This document shows, piece after piece, positions 47,956 through 56,824 of a stretch of DNA of 64,000 nt. Made by a program: the position numbers and the translations under genes. Within the stretch, counting starts at the first letter, position 1; each line of letters starts with the position of its first letter. The stretch spans positions 25,038 through 89,037 of the forward strand of contig JANYEA010000105.1 of NCBI GenBank assembly GCA_025363385.1. Reading direction: 5' to 3'. Origin of the DNA: Bacteroidota bacterium (GTDB lineage Bacteria > Bacteroidota > Bacteroidia > Chitinophagales > Chitinophagaceae). The notes under the pieces were generated by a model. The model had not been told where the DNA came from. It worked only from the letters and a program-made list of their open reading frames with translations, and did no database searches.

Positions 47956-48978
47956 ATGAAAAATTTGTTCATTAAATTAACTGTGTTCGTTTTAGTTACG
48001 ACTTCCTTAAATCAAATTGCAGCGCAAAATAAAAGTGGTTATAAACTAACAAATACCTTTCATATTGCTAGCCCTGGTGGATGGGATTATATTGCTGTTG
48101 ATGAAAATTCGAACAGACTTTATGTGTCTCATGGCACTCAAGTAAATATTTTAGATAAAGCTACTGGTGATTCGTTAGGAGTTATTGCTAACACTACTGG
48201 TGTGCATGGTATTGCATTTAATCCCGAACTTGGAAAAGGTTATACCAGTAATGGAAGGCTTAATACTGTATCTGTGTTTGATTTAAAAACTGCAACTGTT
48301 TTATCAACAATCAATACAGGAGAAAACCCGGATGCTATAATGTATGATGCATTTTCAAAAAAGATCATCACTTGTAATGGTAGAAGCAAAGATTTGACCA
48401 TCATCGATCCTATTACAGAAAAAGTGGTTGCCACAATACCAGTTGGGGGAAAACCCGAAACAGCAGTTAGTGATAATATGGGAAAACTATATGTGAACAG
48501 TGAAGACAAAAACGAAATTGTTGTGATTGACATGCTAAAATATACAGTGTTAAATCATTGGTCATTACTTCCAGGTGAAGAACCTACCGGTTTGGTGATT
48601 GATTTAAAAACGAAGAGACTCTTTGCAACTTGCGATAAATTATTAGTAGCAATGGATGCAAGTACTGGAAAAATAGTAGGGCAATTACCAATAGGTGAAG
48701 GTTGCGATGGTGCAGCATTTGATGCAAGTACAAATTTAATTTTTACTTCCAACGGCTCTGGAACAGTCACTGTTGTAAAAGAAAACAATGCCAATAGTTT
48801 TACGGTGTTAGAAACTATTACTACAAAAAAATCTGCAAGAACTATTACAATTGATTCCAAAACACATAAACTGTACTTGCCCGCAGCCGATATGGAAGCA
48901 CTACCAGCAGATGCTGCAAAAGGAACAAGGCCTAAGATGGTTCCTGGAAGTTTCCAAGTATTGGTATTATCAAAATAA
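47956..48978 (+). CDS. Secreted YncE/YVTN-type beta-propeller protein
   Basis: 340 aa with a signal peptide. It has about 7 repeats of the 'G..P.g.a.d....lyv.n' type (e.g. TGVHGIAFNPELGKGYTSN, GENPDAIMYDAFSKKIITCN, GGKPETAVSDNMGKLYVNS). Confidence 0.75.
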   Translation: MKNLFIKLTVFVLVTTSLNQIAAQNKSGYKLTNTFHIASPGGWDYIAVDENSNRLYVSHGTQVNILDKATGDSLGVIANTTGVHGIAFNPELGKGYTSNGRLNTVSVFDLKTATVLSTINTGENPDAIMYDAFSKKIITCNGRSKDLTIIDPITEKVVATIPVGGKPETAVSDNMGKLYVNSEDKNEIVVIDMLKYTVLNHWSLLPGEEPTGLVIDLKTKRLFATCDKLLVAMDASTGKIVGQLPIGEGCDGAAFDASTNLIFTSNGSGTVTVVKENNANSFTVLETITTKKSARTITIDSKTHKLYLPAADMEALPADAAKGTRPKMVPGSFQVLVLSK

Positions 48979-49017
48979 TTCAATTTAAATCTCTTATTTT
49001 TAATCAAATAAGAGTTC

Positions 49018-50103
49018 ATGTCAGGTTTTTATATCGACCCTAATATTGCCAGAGCTAAAACGATTGCTAAGGATTTCTATATTGATCCGAAATATTTTGA
49101 ATTAGCTAAAGAAAAAATATTTGCTACTAGTTGGCAATATATTGGTCATTCAGATCTAGTAAAGGAGATGGGCTCTGCTCAACCTGTAAACCTGCTGGAA
49201 AATTATATCAATGAACCCTTAGTAATTACCAGAGATAAGGAAAATGAATTGCATTGCTTATCTAATGTATGCAATCACCGGGGTAATTTAATTGTATACG
49301 AACCCTGTAAGATTAATCAACTTCGTTGTAAATATCACGGCCGATTGTTTCATTTAAATGGTCGTTTCATTTCAATGCCAGAATTTAACGAAGTTGAAAA
49401 TTTTATACCCGAAAATAATCATTTAAAACAATTACCTCTTTTTAAATGGGGTAAGCTTTTGTTCACCAGTTTACATCCGATTTTCCCTATAGCTGATTTC
49501 TTTGCAGAAATGCAGGAAATCGTGGGTTGGCTCCCGATCGATAAAATGGAATTCCAACAGGATTTATGTAATGAGTTTATAGTAAATGCAAACTGGGCTC
49601 TTTATTGTGAGAATTATCTGGAAGGTTTTCATATTCCATTTGTGCATCCCACTTTGAATGCAGTAATTGAATTTAAAAATTATACCACCGAAACATTTAA
49701 ATATTCAAACTTACAATTGGGTATCGCGAAAGAAGGTGTTCCTACTTTCGATCTTCCAATAGAAAGTAAATACTATGGCAAAAAAGTTGCCGCTTTTTAT
49801 TTTTGGGTATACCCGAATATGATGTTCAATTTTTATCCTTGGGGTTTATCATTAAACATTATTGAACCTCAAACGGAATCAACTACTAAAGTTAGGTTTC
49901 TGACTTTTGTTTACGACAAAACAAAATTAGAACAAGGTGCCGGTAGGGGCTTAACTACCGTTGAAGCAGAAGATGAAGAAGTGGTTGAAAATGTACAACG
50001 TGGAATCCGTTCTAGATTTTATAAACATGGTCGCTATGCCGTGCACCGCGAACAAGGTACCCATCATTTTCACTCTTTACTTGCTGAGTCGATGAATGCT
50101 TAA
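49018..50103 (+). CDS. Rieske [2Fe-2S] non-heme iron oxygenase, alpha-subunit-like
   Basis: 361 aa. The Rieske motif is CLSNVCNHRG...CKYHGRLF. The mononuclear-iron region is NYLEGFHIPFVHP. Confidence 0.85.
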   Translation: MSGFYIDPNIARAKTIAKDFYIDPKYFELAKEKIFATSWQYIGHSDLVKEMGSAQPVNLLENYINEPLVITRDKENELHCLSNVCNHRGNLIVYEPCKINQLRCKYHGRLFHLNGRFISMPEFNEVENFIPENNHLKQLPLFKWGKLLFTSLHPIFPIADFFAEMQEIVGWLPIDKMEFQQDLCNEFIVNANWALYCENYLEGFHIPFVHPTLNAVIEFKNYTTETFKYSNLQLGIAKEGVPTFDLPIESKYYGKKVAAFYFWVYPNMMFNFYPWGLSLNIIEPQTESTTKVRFLTFVYDKTKLEQGAGRGLTTVEAEDEEVVENVQRGIRSRFYKHGRYAVHREQGTHHFHSLLAESMNA

Positions 50104-50127
50104 GAACAATTTTTAAAAGAAATTTTC

Positions 50128-51033
50128 TTATTTTTTCTCAACAGCATTAACGCTAATACTCCAATCGCTTCCACTAGCTACATGAAAGACATCTGCAAAA
50201 CTGCCCATATTCAATGCAATTGATAATTGCATCAAACTATTTAAATATACTAGCGGTTTTCCTTTTGCAACAGCTCCAAAGGTTTCGCAATATGGCGCAA
50301 TTCCTTCCCATACTTTAGTTCTTTTGTGATAAATGCGGATGCTGAGGTTTTGTGCATATTTTAAATTAATCTGCTGAACCATTTCTGCAGGAATATTGGT
50401 CCATACATTTCCATATTGTATATCAAGTATTGAAATATTCCCCTTGATTAAATTGCCTTCCTTAACCGCTTTTTGATAGGGTATTGATACCACTTCGTTC
50501 GATAATAAATTTCCAACCTGATCAAAACTTATGGTACCAGATGCCAATCTTGCCGCAGTAAAAGCATACACATCCCTTCCATGAAACGTATAGGATTTCT
50601 GAGAACCGTTTCTTCTATTTACCGCTTCATTTATTTCTCTTCTTTCTGCAATACCTAAAGAAGATGCAATTAAGGTAAGAGTACCATTATCGGGGGTAAC
50701 GATATAATGGCCTGTCTTTGTTTTAACAACTACCGACTTGCGATTAGTGCCAACCCCAGGATCAACCACAGACACAAACACAGTGCCAGCAGGCCAATAC
50801 AGTACAGTTTGCTCTAAGCGGTAAGCAGCTTCCCAAATATTATACGCAGGTATCTCATGTGTTAGATCATATAATTTTAAATCAGCTGACACACCCATAG
50901 CTACCCCTTTCATAGCAGAAACAGCACCATCTTTTAAACCAAAATCAGATTGAAAAACCACTGATTTATTTTGTGCAAATAGCTGACTAGACAATACTAA
51001 GACTACAATAAATACAGCTTTTTTGAATGGCAT
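50128..51033 (-). CDS. SAM hydroxide adenosyltransferase (DUF62) family protein with signal peptide
   Basis: 301 aa. The N-terminus MPFKKAVFIVVLVLSSQLFAQ is a signal peptide. It is followed by the family blocks VVFQSDFGLKDGAVSAMKGV, VSVVDPGVGTNRK and IVTPDNGTLT. Confidence 0.8.
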   Translation of the reverse strand: MPFKKAVFIVVLVLSSQLFAQNKSVVFQSDFGLKDGAVSAMKGVAMGVSADLKLYDLTHEIPAYNIWEAAYRLEQTVLYWPAGTVFVSVVDPGVGTNRKSVVVKTKTGHYIVTPDNGTLTLIASSLGIAERREINEAVNRRNGSQKSYTFHGRDVYAFTAARLASGTISFDQVGNLLSNEVVSIPYQKAVKEGNLIKGNISILDIQYGNVWTNIPAEMVQQINLKYAQNLSIRIYHKRTKVWEGIAPYCETFGAVAKGKPLVYLNSLMQLSIALNMGSFADVFHVASGSDWSISVNAVEKK

Positions 51034-51051
51034 ATGAATCGTTTTAAGAAT

Positions 51052-51098
51052 AAAAAAATCTGCGATAAACTGCTCTAATGAACAGTCTATCGCAGATT
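51052..51098 (-). terminator. Rho-independent terminator after the TonB-dependent receptor gene
   Basis: AATCTGCGATA (51057-51067) and TATCGCAGATT (51088-51098) form a perfect 11-bp stem. On the minus strand a T7 run (51052-51058) follows. Confidence 0.8.
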
Positions 51099-51112
51099 CA
51101 ATAAATGAAATA

Positions 51113-53974
51113 CTAGAAGTTCAACACTAACTTAGTAAATAAACGTAAACCGTTAAAGCCCATTTGAACAGATTCCCATGGTCCGCCAGTTTCATTATCC
51201 AATGCCTCATATCTTGCATTTTTAACAGATGCAAAATCGGGATGTACATTAAATAAATTATCAGCACCCATGAATAAACTTGCCGACTTACAAAACTTAT
51301 AAGAAGCAAAAATATCTGTGGTAATCTTCGGACTATATTTAAATATTTCCGGGGTTACATGTACCTGATCATTATAACCATCAATGTCTACATAAGGATC
51401 TATACCAGCAAAGCTTCCTGAAATAGCTGGATCACCAGGGCCGTTTGTTCCAGCTTGGCTAGCTAAACCTGTCCATCCAAAACCTTTCGAAGATTGTTCT
51501 CCGAAATAAGTAAAGTGTGCGCCCATTCCAATTTTACCAACAGAATATTCTAGGTTCAAAGTAATTTTTGCTTTAGGTGCAGATGCAATTAAGAAAGCTT
51601 CTTCACGATCGCTAAAGAAAGTTTTCTGATGCGCATAACTATCATTCAATGCACTAGGAACATGCACTGCATCTAATTTCATTTTCTGAATATTTCCTGC
51701 TAATAAAATTTTAAATGATTTATTACCCCATTTCTTTGAATAGTCTGCAACGATGTCGACTCCAGTATTGGTGGTATTTACAGAGTTCGCAAAGAATTGT
51801 GCGGTTGCTACACCCAAGGCATTTAACTGATCTGTAAATGCGGTAGGCAATGAAGCATCACCAGCACTAAATAAACCAGAAAGAACCACTCTGTCTTTTA
51901 CTGCCACAGAATATCCATCAACAGTAAGTGTAAATCCTTTTAAAGGTTTCCAAGCAAAACCGATACTAGCATTCAACGATGTTTCTTGTTTCAAATTAGG
52001 TATACCTGCAGCTTTGGTTACTGCATCATCGTTACGTGCAATTCTAGATTGTACTAACTGACCACCATTGAATGATGTAAGTGTATTACTAAAATTGATT
52101 TGTTGTAAAGAAGGAGCACGGAATCCAGTACTAATAGAACCACGAAGATTGAAGTTATTGGTCACTTTATATCGTGTAGCTAATTTATAAGTATTTACAA
52201 AACCAAAATCTGAATAATTTTCAAACCGAACAGCTCCATCTAATAGCCACTCTTTTGTTACATTTAATTCTGCATCAAAATAACCACCTAAGTTAGTGCG
52301 GCTAGCTTTTACAACATCCGAAGGACTAAAGCCTGGAAAACCCTGTGCACCCGGTGCCTGACCTAGTGGATTGGCATATCCTAAATAAGAAGCTTCTTCT
52401 CCTTTATAAATACCATATTGTTCAAAACGAAACTCTGCGCCCCATGCAATATTTAAACCTTGAGCAATTGATTTGAAGGATTTATTAAAATCTAAATTGG
52501 TAGTGTTTTGTAAGAAATTAAATCCACCATCATCAAAATGGGTTTGAGTAATATTTCCAATATTCGAAGCATTGAAAGTTTTATCACCATAATAATGGAA
52601 ATCATTTCTACCAATAGTATTACTCAAATCCCAAGTCCAATCATTTTTAGTAACTCCTTTGATTCCTGCAGATAAAGAGAGATCCTGAATCACTGTTTGA
52701 ATATGGGGGTTGTACCATGTTTCTCCATCTTTATCGGTTGTCATAATGCTAGGTACATCAATTCTATCTCCTGCAGCAGTTACTGGGAAACGGTCTGGTC
52801 TTGCACTCCAGTTTCTGCTATATGCATATGCATCAGATTTTTTGTGATTGTATCCACCAAATGCGTAGAAAGTAGTGGTGGCACTAGTTGGAATTTCCAT
52901 ATTAAACATAGTCCCTACTGTGGTTACAGAACCATCACCAAATGCTCTTCTTCCAGAATTCATTATTTGTGCATTCGGGTTGGTCCAAACATTTGTATCA
53001 GCTACTTGTCTAAATGTTTTTGCTTGATTTAAATAATCGAAAGACACATTTATAAAACCACCTTTCTTACCAATTTTTACTCCATTGTTAGCAGAGAAAG
53101 AAAAAGTTCCTCCGTCTATTGGATTACTATACACATATCTTTTACTGTCTCTTGTACTATAAGAATTATATTTTGTATCATAATATCCAGACCATCCTGT
53201 ATTGATGCTCCAATGATTCACGTCTTTTTTCAAAGCCAAGTTTATTACACCTGCAATGGCATCGGAACCATATTGTGCAGAAGCACCATCACGCAGAATT
53301 TCAATCTTATCTACAGCAGATTGTGGAAACGCATTTAAGTCAACCCCTGAATTACCACGACCCTTTGTTCCAAATAAAGCAACAAAAGCAGTTTGATGTC
53401 TTCTTTTACCATTGATCAACACTAATGTTTGATCAGGACCCAAACCACGAAGTGTTCCCAAATCAACGTGGTCTGCACCATCAGCTCCAGATTGTTTGTT
53501 ATAATTGAATGATGGCGCTACATAGTTCAAAACTGAGGTAAGGTCCATTTTAGCTGTAGGAACTCCTGCTTGATTAATATTGATCACATCTACCGGAACT
53601 GCAGATTCGGTTTTTACCCTTCCTCCTTTTCTGCTTCCCAATAAAACTACTTCCTGTAATTCTATGGAGGCTTCCTGAAGTACTATATTAATGGAACTGA
53701 TATTTGCTTTTGCAGAAGTTGATTCAAATCCAATGGAACTGATCATTAAAATATCTGCATCACTTGCCTGAATACTAAAACTACCATCCTTAGCCGTGGG
53801 TGTGGTAATCCCTGTAGTTTTGTTTCTGATAGCGGCACCTTCTACTGGCTGACCCTTTTTATCCTTCACAATACCACTAATGGTTTTTACCTGTGCAAAT
53901 AAGACCTGTGTAGAGAGTATCAATATCAATAACAGGAATATGGCTTTTATATGCTTCATTTTGAATAATTTCAA
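51113..53974 (-). CDS. TonB-dependent receptor with N-terminal carboxypeptidase-regulatory-like domain
   Basis: 953 aa with a signal peptide. The CarbopepD_reg-like segment is ISGIVKDKKGQPVEGAAI. The plug domain contains VDKIEILRDGASAQYGSDAIAGVINL. The C-terminus ends in F. No SusD-like gene is adjacent. Confidence 0.9.
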   Translation of the reverse strand: MKLFKMKHIKAIFLLLILILSTQVLFAQVKTISGIVKDKKGQPVEGAAIRNKTTGITTPTAKDGSFSIQASDADILMISSIGFESTSAKANISSINIVLQEASIELQEVVLLGSRKGGRVKTESAVPVDVININQAGVPTAKMDLTSVLNYVAPSFNYNKQSGADGADHVDLGTLRGLGPDQTLVLINGKRRHQTAFVALFGTKGRGNSGVDLNAFPQSAVDKIEILRDGASAQYGSDAIAGVINLALKKDVNHWSINTGWSGYYDTKYNSYSTRDSKRYVYSNPIDGGTFSFSANNGVKIGKKGGFINVSFDYLNQAKTFRQVADTNVWTNPNAQIMNSGRRAFGDGSVTTVGTMFNMEIPTSATTTFYAFGGYNHKKSDAYAYSRNWSARPDRFPVTAAGDRIDVPSIMTTDKDGETWYNPHIQTVIQDLSLSAGIKGVTKNDWTWDLSNTIGRNDFHYYGDKTFNASNIGNITQTHFDDGGFNFLQNTTNLDFNKSFKSIAQGLNIAWGAEFRFEQYGIYKGEEASYLGYANPLGQAPGAQGFPGFSPSDVVKASRTNLGGYFDAELNVTKEWLLDGAVRFENYSDFGFVNTYKLATRYKVTNNFNLRGSISTGFRAPSLQQINFSNTLTSFNGGQLVQSRIARNDDAVTKAAGIPNLKQETSLNASIGFAWKPLKGFTLTVDGYSVAVKDRVVLSGLFSAGDASLPTAFTDQLNALGVATAQFFANSVNTTNTGVDIVADYSKKWGNKSFKILLAGNIQKMKLDAVHVPSALNDSYAHQKTFFSDREEAFLIASAPKAKITLNLEYSVGKIGMGAHFTYFGEQSSKGFGWTGLASQAGTNGPGDPAISGSFAGIDPYVDIDGYNDQVHVTPEIFKYSPKITTDIFASYKFCKSASLFMGADNLFNVHPDFASVKNARYEALDNETGGPWESVQMGFNGLRLFTKLVLNF

Positions 53975-54080
53975 GACAAATTAACCAAAAATTAATGGAA
54001 TTATGATAGAATTACCGATAACTCATTGATTTTTAATCGTATTTAAATCTATTTAATATAAGTGAATGAAATTGACCAGC

Positions 54081-55463
54081 CTATTTTAATAAACCTGCTG
54101 CCCATTCTGCAGCGTATGTAGCCTTGAAATATTTAACCCTTAAATTCACGAGTTTTTCAACTGTTTCTATCAATTTTGACTCTCGGTTATTCACTAAAAA
54201 AAGGCTGCTCTCTCCATTATAGAATTTCAAATTCTCGGCTTTGAATAGTGATTGGTAGCCATTAAGGGCAGACTGAACAGATTTGATTTGAACTTGCAAA
54301 AGATTTGCCTCGCTATAATAGTTTCGAATTTTATTTTCTGTTTCCCATTTTTTGGCATTGAATTCTAAATTCGTTTCCTGAATTTTTAGTTTCGATTTAT
54401 TATAATCGCCTCTTCCTTCTCTCAAAAACAATGGAAGTTTAACATCAATACCCCATTTATAATTATTCTGTAAAAAGTTACTCTCTATACCCTTCACTAC
54501 ATTATAACCAGAATTAAGCAAATTTGCTTTCAGATTTACCATGGGCAGCATACTTTGAAATTTTAGTTTCCGCTCTACATCTAATGCCTCTAATTTAAAA
54601 GCATATGATTTCAGTGATGGGTTTTCGTTAGCAGACCTACTTATTAATCCTTCCAAACTTTGTTCATTTACAGACATCACAAATTGAACCGTATCTGGAA
54701 AGAATTGAGTAGGCAATTGATAAGCACTATCGTTTTCTAACCATAGATAATTACTAAGTTCTAAACTGGCTGTATTAATTTTTTGACCTGCGTCCGTTAA
54801 TTGAGCCTCATAATTCAATACTTGTGTCTGTGCTTCTACGGTATCCATCACAGACCGGTCTCCATTATTAAATGCAATTCTTACTAACCTTAGCCTATCT
54901 GTAGATATTTGATAATATTGATGGTAGAGGTTATAAAGTTGATAGGCACCAGCCCACTGCCAATAAGAATTGTAGGCATTAAACAAAAGATCGTTCAGCA
55001 TTTTCGATTGTTCTTGCAGACTTTGTGATTGAAATATTTTCGCCTGCTGTAAGGTTGCTCTTCGCTTATCCATAAGCAACCCTTTACCCAATGGCATTTC
55101 TACACCAAGATAACTGGTTTGCCCTGTGCTTACTTCCGGATTTAAATATTTACCACCGTTACTTTCTAGTCCGGTTTTAAAATCAATTCCGCCTAACCCG
55201 ATCGGTATTTTTAATTCAGGGTTATTGTAATAATAATAATTTTTACCGTCGAAAGTTTTATTGCTAGCATCGAAATTAAAACTTGGATCAAAGCCACCTC
55301 TTGCAGATTGCAAATCAGCTTTTGCCTTTTCAACCTGAATGGCAGCCTGCTTTGCAACTGGGTGAAACTGCTTTACCTGCTGAATAAAAGATTCAGGTGT
55401 AAACAGCTGCGCCTTCAGTTGAAATACCATCGCAAATCCTAATATCACTAATGCCTGCTTCAT
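54081..55463 (-). CDS. TolC-family outer-membrane protein
   Basis: 460 aa with a signal peptide and the two-repeat coiled-coil/beta pattern. It is the last gene of the ABC-HlyD-TolC operon. Confidence 0.85.
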   Translation of the reverse strand: MKQALVILGFAMVFQLKAQLFTPESFIQQVKQFHPVAKQAAIQVEKAKADLQSARGGFDPSFNFDASNKTFDGKNYYYYNNPELKIPIGLGGIDFKTGLESNGGKYLNPEVSTGQTSYLGVEMPLGKGLLMDKRRATLQQAKIFQSQSLQEQSKMLNDLLFNAYNSYWQWAGAYQLYNLYHQYYQISTDRLRLVRIAFNNGDRSVMDTVEAQTQVLNYEAQLTDAGQKINTASLELSNYLWLENDSAYQLPTQFFPDTVQFVMSVNEQSLEGLISRSANENPSLKSYAFKLEALDVERKLKFQSMLPMVNLKANLLNSGYNVVKGIESNFLQNNYKWGIDVKLPLFLREGRGDYNKSKLKIQETNLEFNAKKWETENKIRNYYSEANLLQVQIKSVQSALNGYQSLFKAENLKFYNGESSLFLVNNRESKLIETVEKLVNLRVKYFKATYAAEWAAGLLK

Positions 55464-55466
55464 GCT

Positions 55467-56822
55467 TTATTTTTTCTTTTCTTTATACCCACCTGCCTCT
55501 TTTGATTGATAGTATTCGGGAGGGAAACCATTTATATTTCTCCATAACTCATACCAGATTGAAACATCCTTCAACAAGCCAATACCCTGTGCAGCTCCAC
55601 CCATTCGTAATTGAGCTGGCCATTTTTTTTCAGCAGGATCTTCCATCACTAATACACGAAACTTACCATTACTGCTAACTGCATTTTCAATGGCGGCAAC
55701 CTTTCCTCCAAATGTTCCATAACTAGATTCAGGCCAGCCACTAAATACGATGGCGGGGAAACCATCAAATACAAAGCGCATTTTTTGACCCTTAGAAACC
55801 AGCGGAAGATCCATCGGTTCCATAAATAATTCTACCGCTAATTGTATCTTATCGGGAACAATCTCTACTAACATTTCGCCTTCCTTTACCATCTCTCCTA
55901 ATCCGGCTTTTTTTGCTTTAGTTATCTGACCACTTTGCGGTGCAGTAACATAGTATAATTGATTTCTGATATCATAATTACTATATGTGTTCTGTAATTT
56001 TGAAACCTCCGCTTCACCGCTTGCAATATTGGAAAGCGAGCTAAATTTATCTCCCTCTGCTTTTGAAATTTTATCTGTATAGTCTTGAACAATCGAATTT
56101 TTCTCTAAAAATAAATTGTTTAATTCCTGCTTGCTTTGTAAATACTTGCTTTCGTTTCCAATTCTTTTTGCAACGGAGCTTTGCAAACTGATTTTTCTTC
56201 TTTCAAAATCAGCTAAGGAAATCACACCGCTATCATACATAATTTTAGCTGCTTCCATTTGCCTTTTGCTAATTCCATATTCATTATTGGATGCAGCAGC
56301 ATCAATACTATCGCTCTGAAGTTTTAAAAATTGTTGTTTAATCTTATTATCGAGTTGTTGCAACTTTAAATTCTTAGCTTCAGTTAGTGCTGTGATCTGC
56401 GTTTCAGAACTACCTGCTTTATTTTCATATCCCTTAACTGCTAATTGCTTAGATTCAATCTGTTGCTGCGTTCTAGCCAATAATTGTGGATCAAAATATT
56501 CCACTTTCACTTCCCCAAGTTGCAGAATTGTGTCACCTGCATTTACATGATCTCCTTCCTTAACACGCCAATTCAATACTTTACCCGCAATTAGTGTATT
56601 TACTTCCTGAGGGCGCTGTTCTTGCAAAAGGGTTGTTACTGAACCTTTTGCACGAATGGTTTGCGTCCAGGGAAGAAACGCAATTACAATTAATGCAATT
56701 AATATTCCATACATCCACTTTTTTACAGCAGATTTCTTATTTACCAAGTATAGATTTTGATACGACTTTAAGGTAGTATTATCCGAACTTGAATCTATAT
56801 CTTCGTTTATAAAATTTTTCAT
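55467..56822 (-). CDS. HlyD-family secretion (membrane fusion) protein
   Basis: 451 aa with an N-terminal TM anchor. It has the lipoyl-like segment GKVLNWRVKEGDHVNAGDTILQL, a long coiled coil and a C-terminal beta-barrel. Confidence 0.85.
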   Translation of the reverse strand: MKNFINEDIDSSSDNTTLKSYQNLYLVNKKSAVKKWMYGILIALIVIAFLPWTQTIRAKGSVTTLLQEQRPQEVNTLIAGKVLNWRVKEGDHVNAGDTILQLGEVKVEYFDPQLLARTQQQIESKQLAVKGYENKAGSSETQITALTEAKNLKLQQLDNKIKQQFLKLQSDSIDAAASNNEYGISKRQMEAAKIMYDSGVISLADFERRKISLQSSVAKRIGNESKYLQSKQELNNLFLEKNSIVQDYTDKISKAEGDKFSSLSNIASGEAEVSKLQNTYSNYDIRNQLYYVTAPQSGQITKAKKAGLGEMVKEGEMLVEIVPDKIQLAVELFMEPMDLPLVSKGQKMRFVFDGFPAIVFSGWPESSYGTFGGKVAAIENAVSSNGKFRVLVMEDPAEKKWPAQLRMGGAAQGIGLLKDVSIWYELWRNINGFPPEYYQSKEAGGYKEKKK

Positions 56823-56824
56823 GA

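Noticed and set aside
53975-54080. A riboswitch (for example cobalamin or TPP) upstream of the TonB-dependent receptor gene.
   Set aside because: The region is only 106 nt, very AT-rich, and lacks recognisable conserved riboswitch cores.
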